From a virus (Duplodnaviria > Caudoviricetes): DNA of 53,108 nucleotides. The stretch's first letter is position 1. Every line of letters begins with the position of its first letter. Below, piece after piece: positions 26,290 to 35,161 of this stretch. A model generated the notes under the pieces. The model made no database searches. It worked only from the letters and a program-made list of their open reading frames with translations, and was not told where the DNA came from. Position numbers and translations under genes: made by a program. The stretch covers positions 1 to 53,108 of IMG/VR virus record IMGVR_UViG_3300037076_000071; one strand, 5' to 3'.

Positions 26290-26508
26290 TTACAACAAGT
26301 CTTCATAAGGATTCTTGATGGCTTCACCGTTCAGTCGAGTGATAGATTGCACGAGACTCTTGTCTTCAAACAGCATCACGTTGAAGTCCGGTACTCTGGC
26401 CGCTAGAAGAGCTTCGAGCACGAGACTGAATGATCTTGCGCCTTGACCTAAGACCGGCTTTCCGATGTTCTTGCCGTTGACGAAAATGGACAGATTCGTT
26501 TTCACCAC
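26290..26508 (-). CDS. hypothetical protein
   Basis: GAGGT SD; overlaps the upstream gene. Confidence 0.6.
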   Translation of the reverse strand: MVKTNLSIFVNGKNIGKPVLGQGARSFSLVLEALLAARVPDFNVMLFEDKSLVQSITRLNGEAIKNPYEDLL

Positions 26509-26753
26509 TCTACCTCATCTATGTTGATCTCAAACACTTTGACCTGTTCTTTCGTCAGGTCGTCTCGCACGCCGTTGGTGCATTCGGTGGCGACTTGGAT
26601 CATAGCGGCTTTGTCGCAACTCATGAAACGAAGGAACCACGGAAACACAGCGGTACCATCGTTGGGCAACCGCTTCTGAAATTCCGGTGAGAAAGCGACT
26701 CCGTAGAACGTCACCGGAATTTCAGCGTTGAAACTTTCGCAGCGTATCTTCAT
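26502..26753 (-). CDS. hypothetical protein
   Basis: TGG-TAAGCT extended -10 six nt before ATG. Confidence 0.65.
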   Translation of the reverse strand: MKIRCESFNAEIPVTFYGVAFSPEFQKRLPNDGTAVFPWFLRFMSCDKAAMIQVATECTNGVRDDLTKEQVKVFEINIDEVEW

Positions 26754-26762
26754 ACTACCAGC

Positions 26763-27491
26763 TTACCATGAAGTGGCCATTGTGCGGGGCCGGGTGGCGA
26801 AGACTGGCGTATGCTTGCAGTGCTTGCGATACTTGAAGCACGGGCAAGAGCATGTCCAGGCCAGCGTCTCACGGTTCTGTTTCACTTCGTAGGTGACGCC
26901 AGCTTCGGAGTGCGAATGGACGATGTGCTCGTTGATGAATGCGTCCGTGACCGGCGCAATTTTGGTGCGTCCAGGAATGGCGACTTGCTCGTAGGAATAC
27001 GTTCAGTCGTCTTTGGTGCCAGCGACTTTGTGCGAATGAACCTTGAAGCACTTCACGTTCGGGCGCTTCGTGCCGGGGTCGATCTTGCCGCAATCAACTA
27101 CGTAGCGGTATTCGATGTCGCCGGGGTCGGACGAAACGATGCCAACGGAGAGGAAGTTCAGGCGATTCTTGCGGGGAACCTGAACGTACTTCCGTTTCTC
27201 GTCGGGATTCTTGAAGTTGTAGGCGTGCTTGTGGAACGTGCCATCCGGCGATTGGAACATGCCATCGGAGGCGAAAATTTCGGCAAGGAACACAACGTAC
27301 TTGGCGGCGAGGTAGGAGGGATCGGACAAGCGGCTGTCGGTCAAAGCCTTGCACTTGGTGATGAACTTGAAGAGATCCACACCAGCGCCTTTGGGGTAGC
27401 CGTCCGTATGACGGTATACGATGGCAGCGGTGTAGACTTTCCCGGTGATTGGGTCGGTTTCGATAAAGTGTGTTGTTGATCTCGTGCTCAT
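26763..27491 (-). pseudogene. phage protein with C-terminal SWIM zinc finger, interrupted by in-frame TGA at 27003-27005
   Basis: MSTRS...YRHTDGYP N-domain; after KDD-TGA the same frame continues 79 codons with WTCSCPCFKYRKHCKH. Confidence 0.7.
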
Positions 27492-27534
27492 GTATAAAGA
27501 ATAGCACTTCAAGATCAAAAAGTCAATAGATGTA

Positions 27535-27837
27535 TCAACTTTTATTTTGTTTAGAATCAACACTTCCGAAGGATTTTGTCTTGATCCAGATCAGCCATTT
27601 TTGAACGTCGGGATGCTCCAACAATTTTTCGATGGTGTTGTATTCTCGCTCCAGTTCTTTTTCGGTAAACAGGGCGTGTAGTTGAGCGTGGCACGGGCGG
27701 CAGATCGGTACCGTATGGTTTCGATCCGTGCCAATTTCACGTTTGACTTTTTTGTTATGGCGCATCCGGGGAACTAGATGGTGACGTGTGGTCTCCACAT
27801 TTTCCCGTTCGCACAATTCGCACGTGCCGGTTTTCAT
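27535..27837 (-). CDS. small HNH endonuclease-like protein
   Basis: CELCER...TRHHLVPR...ICRPCHAQLH. Confidence 0.8.
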   Translation of the reverse strand: MKTGTCELCERENVETTRHHLVPRMRHNKKVKREIGTDRNHTVPICRPCHAQLHALFTEKELEREYNTIEKLLEHPDVQKWLIWIKTKSFGSVDSKQNKS

Positions 27838-28271
27838 CCTAGAAAATATCCTAGCAGATTTTGAATCTTGTGGTCAATTGTGTCGTTTTCAAACGGATTG
27901 TCTGGTTGCGGTTTGAAATTTGGTCTGGGTTTTGCCAAGTACGTGTCATCCAGCGACGGAGGATAGCAGCAATGATCGCACCAGTAACCAGTCTTTGTTG
28001 ACTTAGCGGGAGTGGTAAGAGGACTCTTGCATCGCTTGCAATGAAGCACTAAGCCAGTCTGTGTGGTAGGAGAAACATTTGATGCGACAGGTGGCTTACG
28101 AGTCTCGTATGCGTGCGGCCCGGTATGACCAATATCGAGCACACAGAAACGGCTACCTTCAAGGCTGATCTCTCCGCAGACCTCACGGGCAGAGGCTTCT
28201 TCTTCTGCCCACGTATCTACTTCTGGCGCATCCCTACCGCACATTTCCAATAATTCTTCACGGTTTATCAT
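27834..28271 (-). CDS. zinc-binding hypothetical protein
   Basis: MINREELLEMCGRDAP; C..C...H.GPH, CKRC, CDHC. Confidence 0.7.
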   Translation of the reverse strand: MINREELLEMCGRDAPEVDTWAEEEASAREVCGEISLEGSRFCVLDIGHTGPHAYETRKPPVASNVSPTTQTGLVLHCKRCKSPLTTPAKSTKTGYWCDHCCYPPSLDDTYLAKPRPNFKPQPDNPFENDTIDHKIQNLLGYFLG

Positions 28272-28576
28272 TGTGCAAATCGTCCACTGCCGTAGATCCA
28301 ATCCCAATCGTCTTTGGTCCACTTACTTGTGTCGATTCGCTTGACGCCATGAATCCAACCATTCGTCATGTCTATGTCTCCACGCTTGTAGAGTAGATCT
28401 AAAACACGTTCTACTTCATCTTCGTTTTCGCCGGTCGGAAGAGCGTGCATCAATTTGAAAAACGTCACGGCATTCGGCGGCATTCCAATAGCGGCAACAA
28501 CTCGCCTGACAAGAGATTCGTCGGGCGGTTCTTTACCGGCAGCTTCAAGCAACTTCTCTCGTAATTCTTCTGACAT
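28268..28576 (-). CDS. hypothetical protein
   Basis: ORF in operon. Confidence 0.7.
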   Translation of the reverse strand: MSEELREKLLEAAGKEPPDESLVRRVVAAIGMPPNAVTFFKLMHALPTGENEDEVERVLDLLYKRGDIDMTNGWIHGVKRIDTSKWTKDDWDWIYGSGRFAQ

Positions 28577-28580
28577 AGGT

Positions 28581-29102
28581 TTACATCACATATTTCGGCG
28601 GTGTGGTATTCGATTCGAGAATGTTTTTGTAATAGATTGCTTTGCCGTCGTTGGTCAGTCTGTTGTAGCCTGGAACCTTCGGTGTTGATGTGAAAATATT
28701 GTCGGGCGCAAGGTAGTCTAAGTGTCCTTTGCGCCGCAGATTTTCAGCATTGACTAGAACTAGGATGTTATTAGCGGCATCTGAGATTGGTTCGATGCTG
28801 TCGAATTCGTAACCAATTTTCTGAGCAATCTTGCACGCCAGTTCATAGACCATGCTACGTGCAATATCATCGGTTTCATTTCCGATGATAAGGTACGCCA
28901 TCGTCCTGAATACTTCGTCAGGGAGCAGTTGAAGTGACGATTCCAGAATGCGACCGGAGTCTGGGCTATTCAGGCGGGCAAGAAACCCACCAAGCTCTTC
29001 CATTACAGCTTTAGCGGCCATCTCACGCAATTGTTGCGGTGGCTGCATCATCGGTAACAGAACACCTAGCAGGTTACTTGCCTTATTTGCCTTCTTCGCC
29101 AT
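28581..29102 (-). CDS. hypothetical protein
   Basis: 173-aa ORF in operon. Confidence 0.75.
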   Translation of the reverse strand: MAKKANKASNLLGVLLPMMQPPQQLREMAAKAVMEELGGFLARLNSPDSGRILESSLQLLPDEVFRTMAYLIIGNETDDIARSMVYELACKIAQKIGYEFDSIEPISDAANNILVLVNAENLRRKGHLDYLAPDNIFTSTPKVPGYNRLTNDGKAIYYKNILESNTTPPKYVM

Positions 29103-29105
29103 TAC

Positions 29106-29774
29106 TTACTCACCCATCTTATATAGCTCAAAATCCTCGGTTTCCATTTCCATTTCTTCGCTGCATCCGGGGCACAGCGGGAATCCGAGCTTCAGACTTT
29201 TGCGAGATGCGGTCACAGTGTATTCACCGGCCTTCGCCACTTCGATGAGGCGACATTTCTTGTTACCGTCCCGAAAATTGGAGCAATGCAGCTTGAAGGA
29301 TTTCTTCGCAGCGGCCTTGTCCTTCTTCGTCAGTTCCGGGATCTTCAATGGTGAGTGCGGGTATTCGCCCAATTCGATGGCCATCTTTTCGCAGAAGGCC
29401 AACAAGTCGTCACCGGGCATTGCGTGGATCGCCTTACCTTCCAGGCCGATCAGTTTCATGCCGTCTTTGAATTTTGGACCGTGCTTTGCATCGTCGGGCA
29501 GGCACGCATGAAGAAGTTCGTGGGCAAGCACGCCAAGGGTTTCGACTGTGCTTTTGATGATTGGGGAAGCGAAGATCTGTCGGCTTCCATCGGCGCAGCA
29601 CACAGAACTGAAGCATTGTCCAAGGGTCTTCTTCGGGCTTTTATTTGGGAAGCCACAGGAGACACGGACGATGGGGAAAAACAGTTTGTTGCGTTCGTAC
29701 AGCGGCCTAAATTTTTCTACGGCGGCTGTCAAATATTCTTCTCTTGTCATAATGGTTGCGGGTGTAGGAGTCAC
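29106..29774 (-). CDS. SprT-like zinc metalloprotease
   Basis: VRVSCGFP, LGQC, LAHELLHA, HGPKF, C-terminal PLCPGC. Confidence 0.8.
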   Translation of the reverse strand: MTPTPATIMTREEYLTAAVEKFRPLYERNKLFFPIVRVSCGFPNKSPKKTLGQCFSSVCCADGSRQIFASPIIKSTVETLGVLAHELLHACLPDDAKHGPKFKDGMKLIGLEGKAIHAMPGDDLLAFCEKMAIELGEYPHSPLKIPELTKKDKAAAKKSFKLHCSNFRDGNKKCRLIEVAKAGEYTVTASRKSLKLGFPLCPGCSEEMEMETEDFELYKMGE

Positions 29775-29829
29775 GAGAACATCATCGCACGAGTGTACAC
29801 TTCTGTCAAGTGTGCTACACTGAAGTTGT

Positions 29830-30366
29830 ATGGCGATTGAAATTCAGGCACCAGAAAGTTTCTCCAAATACCTCACCTCCAATTATATCACTATCTTTGC
29901 AGGTGGTTCTATCGAAATGAACAGAGCAGCGCCATGGCAACGCCGGTTAGTCTCGGCCTTCAAGGATCATGCCGACGTAGTTATCATAAACCCACGTCGT
30001 AACTCGTGGCATAGTTCTTGGAAACAAGTTGCCAGAAACAAACAGTTCACCAAGCAAGTTGAATGGGAACTTACTGGACTAGAGGAATGTGATACGTCTA
30101 TCATGTACTTCGATCCGGCGACCAAATCCCCAATTTCACTTCTGGAGTTTGGTTTGTTTGGGCCGTCGCACGAAGGAGTTGTCGTTCCCAAAATGCACGT
30201 CGTTTGCCCTGCCCCATTCTGGCGCAAAGGCAATGTTGATATCGTCTGCAAGCGATATGGCATTCCACAATACAAGACTCTCACCGCAGCGGCCAAGGCC
30301 ATCAAAGCACGGCTTGAAGATTTTCGTCGCTGGACCGTACCAGTCGGACGAGGCATTCTTAGATGA
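29830..30366 (+). CDS. nucleoside 2-deoxyribosyltransferase-like protein
   Basis: IFAGGSIE, WQ, INPRR..W, QVEWE, SPISLLEFG, FWRKGNVDIVC. Confidence 0.85.
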   Translation: MAIEIQAPESFSKYLTSNYITIFAGGSIEMNRAAPWQRRLVSAFKDHADVVIINPRRNSWHSSWKQVARNKQFTKQVEWELTGLEECDTSIMYFDPATKSPISLLEFGLFGPSHEGVVVPKMHVVCPAPFWRKGNVDIVCKRYGIPQYKTLTAAAKAIKARLEDFRRWTVPVGRGILR

Positions 30367-30450
30367 GACGTGCGATCATCGTAGGCGTCTGCGTGATGCC
30401 GCACCCGTTGTTCGTGCTTGCATTTGCTCTGTATGTCTTCAGCAAGAGCT

Positions 30451-30708
30451 TTATTGCGGTGGCTCGTTGGGGAGTAAGTGTGCTTTCTGTGGAGTTGGAT
30501 TCGACCGTGTGTCCGAAGACGTTAAAAGATCGGCTAGACCCTTAACCATCACATACGAATAAGCGTACTTACTCTCTGTAATTTCCGACAGCACTTCACG
30601 AATTGCCATCGCCCACATAGCGGCATTGTCGCCACGAATAAACACACCCGGCCAGTCATTTTCAAACTCCATGACGCCGGTCTCTGCCCTTGGTTGTTCT
30701 GGTAACAT
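30451..30708 (-). CDS. hypothetical protein
   Basis: AGGAGG SD; RAETG.M.F.NDWPGVFIRGDNA. Confidence 0.7.
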   Translation of the reverse strand: MLPEQPRAETGVMEFENDWPGVFIRGDNAAMWAMAIREVLSEITESKYAYSYVMVKGLADLLTSSDTRSNPTPQKAHLLPNEPPQ

Positions 30709-30722
30709 ACTAAATACCTCCT

Positions 30723-30989
30723 ATGGATATATTTGGTTACGGTTACGAAGAGTCGCTAGACTACAGCCACCTTCCGGGATTTGATAAACTAACGGAAGAA
30801 CACCAAAAACTTGTTCATGCCGAATATGAGCGTGGATACAACGCTGCAAAACATTTAGGCATCAAGGTTGCGATGGGCAAAGGTTTCCAAACGGCAAAAC
30901 TTTCCATAGAGCAATTGGAACAGGAAAAGGCAGTGAAGCGCCAGCCGACACCGCCTTCCATTTTTGAGGGCCTAGCGAACTGTCAGTAG
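30723..30989 (+). CDS. hypothetical protein
   Basis: TAAATA 6 nt before ATG. Confidence 0.65.
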   Translation: MDIFGYGYEESLDYSHLPGFDKLTEEHQKLVHAEYERGYNAAKHLGIKVAMGKGFQTAKLSIEQLEQEKAVKRQPTPPSIFEGLANCQ

Positions 30990-30991
30990 GC

Positions 30992-31447
30992 TCAGTACAT
31001 GCAGCCGTGGTATTCGTCCTCTAGCTCATCACCGTGCTTCTTGATGGCTCTGGTGGCATCTATGACGCTATCGTAGTCGTCATATCCATCAGCCGGTCGT
31101 GCAGCGATGGCCCGGTCATTTTCCCACGAGCCACTTGAAAGACGTAGCGGCCATTCGCCATCTTCTTCTTCATCGGGGTCATTGATCGGATTGCCGTATT
31201 TCTTTTGGTAATCGTCATGGTCCGCTTTCATCTTAACGGCCTGGGATGGCGGCACGAGTTGATCCGGCCACGAATACTCATCGCATCCTTTGCCGTCCTC
31301 CGGTCTGCCAGGATCGTCGGAGCAAATCCAATCGAAGGTTTCTTGGTCAACGACTTTGTAATACGTGTCGCCGCCGCCATCGGTAAGGATGACTAAGTAC
31401 ATTTTCTTGCCTTCTGCTTTTTTCTTTTTCATCGTCTTGTGTTCCAT
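30992..31447 (-). CDS. acidic hypothetical protein
   Basis: 151-aa ORF. Confidence 0.7.
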   Translation of the reverse strand: MEHKTMKKKKAEGKKMYLVILTDGGGDTYYKVVDQETFDWICSDDPGRPEDGKGCDEYSWPDQLVPPSQAVKMKADHDDYQKKYGNPINDPDEEEDGEWPLRLSSGSWENDRAIAARPADGYDDYDSVIDATRAIKKHGDELEDEYHGCMY

Positions 31448-31731
31448 TTCTCTGTAACTTCGGCAATGACTTTATCAGGCTCCGTAGTGTACACCCAAAT
31501 GATCTGGACAGCATTGACACCACGGACTTGCATCTTGAGACCGCCACTTACAGGAGTGAATTTGAGATGGGGTTGAGAGGGGCGAACTGGATTAATAATG
31601 CCAAGAGCAATTTTGGAAACGTACCGACAGGCTTTGGCCGCTTCAATGGCGACTACCGCATCCGGGATGACGGTGCTGTGCTTGCCATTGAATTTGCCGC
31701 CTGCCAACAGGCCCTTGACATGGTTGCCCAT
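31429..31731 (-). CDS. DUF2103-like protein
   Basis: KFNGKHSTVI, VSKIALG.I, GLKMQVRG.NAVQ.IWVYT; TATAAATA upstream. Confidence 0.7.
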   Translation of the reverse strand: MGNHVKGLLAGGKFNGKHSTVIPDAVVAIEAAKACRYVSKIALGIINPVRPSQPHLKFTPVSGGLKMQVRGVNAVQIIWVYTTEPDKVIAEVTEKWNTRR

Positions 31732-31804
31732 GTTTCTATTTATAGCAAATATCCGACTCGAAATCAAGTAGTCGTATAAATAGGCCCAGAGGTTGATTTC
31801 GAGT

Positions 31805-32434
31805 ATGACACGCAGCGAAGCCGGTCGATTAGGAGCATTGAAGACGATTCAAATTAGAAAGGAACAAGCAATTGTACGATACCGGAGCAACCCAAAATTT
31901 TGCTTGTTTTGCGGTACAATCATCACAGTCAAGGATGAGCACGCCAACCATGCGTTTTCCAAAATCAAGTACAAAAAATTTTGCAATCAATCGTGCGCCG
32001 CCAAGTACAACAACAAAAAATTTGTGAAAAGGAAAAGAGAATTGCAAGTGTGCCTTCGGTGCGCTGCGTCTCTGAATTGGTGGGCCAAGAAATTTTGTAG
32101 CCGTGATTGTTTCATAAAATATCGGCAAGAGACAAACGACATTTTTCAAAGGAAGACTGAAATTAGTTCATTGACATTGCGGCGGGCAATGTTGCGTCAT
32201 AATGTTGTGTATCAGTGTGCTATGTGTGGGATTGGTCCTGAATGGAATAAGCAAGCTCTAGTGCTACAGGCCGACCACAAAGATGGCAATAGTTCCAATA
32301 ACATGCTTGATAATTTAAGATTTCTCTGCCCAAATTGTCATAGCCAGACGCCCACTTATGGGATAAAGAACAAAGGAAGCGGACGACTTAGTAGAAGGAC
32401 TGGAGCGGGAAGAAGGAATCTAACCTCCGCATAA
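31805..32434 (+). CDS. HNH homing endonuclease with N-terminal zinc fingers
   Basis: KKFCNQSC and KKFCSRDC; CAMCG...LQADHKDGNSSNNMLDNLRFLCPNCHSQTPTY. Confidence 0.9.
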   Translation: MTRSEAGRLGALKTIQIRKEQAIVRYRSNPKFCLFCGTIITVKDEHANHAFSKIKYKKFCNQSCAAKYNNKKFVKRKRELQVCLRCAASLNWWAKKFCSRDCFIKYRQETNDIFQRKTEISSLTLRRAMLRHNVVYQCAMCGIGPEWNKQALVLQADHKDGNSSNNMLDNLRFLCPNCHSQTPTYGIKNKGSGRLSRRTGAGRRNLTSA

Positions 32435-32475
32435 AGATTTTGCAGATCTTGACCTTAACACTTGGCTATTCCCGC
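32401..32475 (-). tRNA. tRNA-Cys(GCA)
   Basis: GCGGGAA/TTCCCGC-T-CCA; AAGAT-CT-GCA-AA-ATCTT; atypical T-loop TTAGATT. Confidence 0.85.
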
Positions 32476-32484
32476 TTAGAAATT

Positions 32485-32566
32485 TGGAGCACGGTGAGGG
32501 ATTTGAACCCCCGACATATGTCAGCTTTGCAGGCTGATGCCTTGAACCAGACTTGGCGAACCGTGC
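32485..32566 (-). tRNA. tRNA-Cys(GCA)
   Basis: GCACGGT/ACCGTGC-T-CCA; TCAGC-CT-GCA-AA-GCTGA; GGTTCAAATCC. Confidence 0.9.
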
Positions 32567-32607
32567 TTGTGTTCAAATATCTATACTACCACGGTTTCGA
32601 TCAGGCG

Positions 32608-32775
32608 TCAAGCCTCGTAAACCGCTTTGTTTGTGACGCCTTCCATCCGCAAGAAAAGTTGAGTGGTTGGCGACAAGTCGTCCCATTCCAGGGCAGTGCG
32701 GATGCCAAAAAGAAATCTGCCGTGGGTCTCGCAAAACTTGAGGCGTTCTTCGGTTGTGGTGGTTTTCCAATTCAT
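32608..32775 (-). CDS. small hypothetical protein
   Basis: TGG-TAGCAT 7 nt before ATG (MNWKTTT). Confidence 0.6.
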   Translation of the reverse strand: MNWKTTTTEERLKFCETHGRFLFGIRTALEWDDLSPTTQLFLRMEGVTNKAVYEA

Positions 32776-32780
32776 GTGTT

Positions 32781-33212
32781 TTATGCTACCATCCTTACGG
32801 CGACGGCGCAAGGAATTTCTTCCAGCCGTCGCTCAAATTCACGAAATTCTTCCCGCATGTGCAAGAAGGCATTGGTCTCGCCGTATTGTGTTGCCTTCGG
32901 ATAAGCAACGCTCTTTGCCGAAATCTTGAGCCGGGTGCAAGCCATGTTGATGGCATTCTTGAGGGTCGTCCAGGAAGCCGGTGCGACAAGCTCACCTTCC
33001 CGTAAGGACTTCGTTTTGATGGTTTCCAGCGCCTTGCGTGCTTTGAGATACCATGCAACCTGCTCACGGGACATGCCCTTGAAGTTGGCCCCGCCGCAAG
33101 TCCAGCACGGCAGATCGAAAGTTTTGGCAACGCCATTCTGCCAAATTGCATTCGGAATGTCGATGTGAACCGTTCCAGTTCCTTTGCATTCTTTGCACTT
33201 AAGCGTCTTCAT
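32781..33212 (-). CDS. DnaJ-type zinc-finger hypothetical protein
   Basis: CKECKGTG...CWTCGG; TTGACA-18-TACATT promoter 6 nt before ATG. Confidence 0.7.
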   Translation of the reverse strand: MKTLKCKECKGTGTVHIDIPNAIWQNGVAKTFDLPCWTCGGANFKGMSREQVAWYLKARKALETIKTKSLREGELVAPASWTTLKNAINMACTRLKISAKSVAYPKATQYGETNAFLHMREEFREFERRLEEIPCAVAVRMVA

Positions 33213-33318
33213 GTTTCTAATGTACCAGATTCCGAAATCGAATGTCAAGAGGTTTCTACAAAGATTTGGAAGTTTATGCAAAATCGCTATACGTCGATAA
33301 ACTTGCTATACTTGAGCT

Positions 33319-33591
33319 ATGGCATATGAACCGGGAACAGCCGAAGGCGACACACCAACAACCCGCCGCTGGCGCACGTTGTTTCATATCATCTACGTCA
33401 ACGACAGAGATGGTGTATGGGCCAGAATCCCGGCCTGGAGCGGCGATGTTGCGGTTCGCATTTCATGGATGCAGATTGCACCGGAATTGCATCAGTCCAT
33501 GCGAGAAGGATTAGATGAACGCTTTCATGGTTTGGCGTGCATCGGCTGTGATGACTATCGAGATCTGAACATCTACATCAACGAAGCCTAG
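33319..33591 (+). CDS. hypothetical protein
   Basis: TGC-TATACT six nt before ATG. Confidence 0.65.
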   Translation: MAYEPGTAEGDTPTTRRWRTLFHIIYVNDRDGVWARIPAWSGDVAVRISWMQIAPELHQSMREGLDERFHGLACIGCDDYRDLNIYINEA

Positions 33592-34451
33592 TGCTCGTAA
33601 TAGTGAACCAATTTCAACCCACAGCCAAAAGTGGTATTCCTTGGATTAACATAGATGAATATTTGATCCGGGCCACTCGACATAAATGCGGTTTTTGACT
33701 CTTGAAAAAATTGCAAATAGTTGATGCCGTCGTTTGATTGATACACCGTGTAATTGGTACTGTCCACAGACAAGCGGTAGAACATAGGTATTAATGCCCA
33801 CGGATTTCCGTATGTGCCGCCGCTGTCACTACTAAAAGTTGTTTCGTTGGTGTAATAGGATCTTTGAAGGTACACAAGTCCGGTACCTAGTCCATTGCTT
33901 TGCGGCCCAAACAGATACAATTTACCAGAAGTGCTTTCACGAAACCCCACACCACAACTCGGATAGTTGGCAAAAAACATGAACGGAAAGAAGCCAAAAT
34001 CCACAGAATATGGTACAGATGGAGCCGTTCGCACATACAACTTCTGTGAATCAGCGGCATCGGGCGCACAAGATAGGTACATGCTGCTGTTCGTTGTGCT
34101 AATCGTTGCACTGCCTTGATTAACCCACGACCAACCCGAAGAAGGTGGTGGGGTAAACAACACTCTACCGGATTGTTGTGCCAAGATGTTTGCCAAGCCG
34201 CCAGCCGTCATAACGATATTGATCGGCCCGCCAGCGCTATGAGAATTTGCGGTTGTGCCTTCGATGCCTCTAACAACAGTCCAGGATGTAGTCAGTCCAC
34301 CGGACGTAACTGACAAAAGTTCACTCTCAATCAAAATTCTAAAGCCGCCATCAACAGTCACAGCCGATGATACTATCAGTGTTGTGTTGGTATTATTGAC
34401 TGCTGTGGCCAACGTCAGATTGAAGTTGTTGTTAATGTAATTTTCAGTCAT
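33588..34451 (-). CDS. virion fibre/receptor-binding-like structural protein
   Basis: FRILIESE...WTVVRGIEGTTA..H N-terminal module typical of tail/fibre proteins; beta-rich C-domain; late TAAATA promoter. Confidence 0.7.
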   Translation of the reverse strand: MTENYINNNFNLTLATAVNNTNTTLIVSSAVTVDGGFRILIESELLSVTSGGLTTSWTVVRGIEGTTANSHSAGGPINIVMTAGGLANILAQQSGRVLFTPPPSSGWSWVNQGSATISTTNSSMYLSCAPDAADSQKLYVRTAPSVPYSVDFGFFPFMFFANYPSCGVGFRESTSGKLYLFGPQSNGLGTGLVYLQRSYYTNETTFSSDSGGTYGNPWALIPMFYRLSVDSTNYTVYQSNDGINYLQFFQESKTAFMSSGPDQIFIYVNPRNTTFGCGLKLVHYYEH

Positions 34452-34459
34452 TACTGTAT

Positions 34460-35119
34460 TTACACCTTAGAGCGGCGACCTTTGTTCCAGGGAGATTTTC
34501 CCTTTTTGGCAGCAGACATCTTTTGCCGGGTCTCGTCGGATGGATGCTGTAAATGACGAATGACTTTTTGACGAGCTTCTGGATCGGCCCACATTTCTTT
34601 CGATGCTTGTCCAATTTTTTTTCTTGTCTCTTCGGTCATCTGCTGGTGAGTTGTAGACATCTTTTGTTTTGATTCTTCGGAGTGAGTTTTGCCTTTCATT
34701 GCGTGTACACCACCAGTCGCATAGTATGATTTGAGAGATTCACTGAGATGCTGACGGACTTCAAGAGTCATTCCAGCTTTGGTTGCTTCGGCATGAGCAC
34801 GCTTTTGTTTTTCTGACCAAATACTGCCGGTAGCCAATACATTGTATCCACCTTCAGTGATAAGAGTTTTGTTTTCCAAAATCATCGTGGCTTCATAAGC
34901 AATTGCATCATCACTCGTGCCTTCTAATTTTGAGATGACTTCAAATACAAAGGGTTCTTTTCCATATTTACGGATGGCAGCATGAAGTACAGAGCCTTCG
35001 CCAGCCTTTGCTTGACTTACATGTTCTATCCAGCGATTACGAGGATGGAGCTTTCCGGTGTAGCCAATGTACGACTTACCATTTACTGTATTGGTAATTT
35101 TGTAAAAATGAAATGTCAT
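34460..35119 (-). CDS. GIY-YIG homing endonuclease with NUMOD3 repeats
   Basis: FYKITNTVNGKSYIG, RW.EH, AIRKYG, GYN; HSEESKQKMS and SDETRQKMSAAKKGKSPWNKG. Confidence 0.9.
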   Translation of the reverse strand: MTFHFYKITNTVNGKSYIGYTGKLHPRNRWIEHVSQAKAGEGSVLHAAIRKYGKEPFVFEVISKLEGTSDDAIAYEATMILENKTLITEGGYNVLATGSIWSEKQKRAHAEATKAGMTLEVRQHLSESLKSYYATGGVHAMKGKTHSEESKQKMSTTHQQMTEETRKKIGQASKEMWADPEARQKVIRHLQHPSDETRQKMSAAKKGKSPWNKGRRSKV

Positions 35120-35161
35120 ACATCCATTTATACAAGGTCGCCTAACTACAAGAAAATAAAT

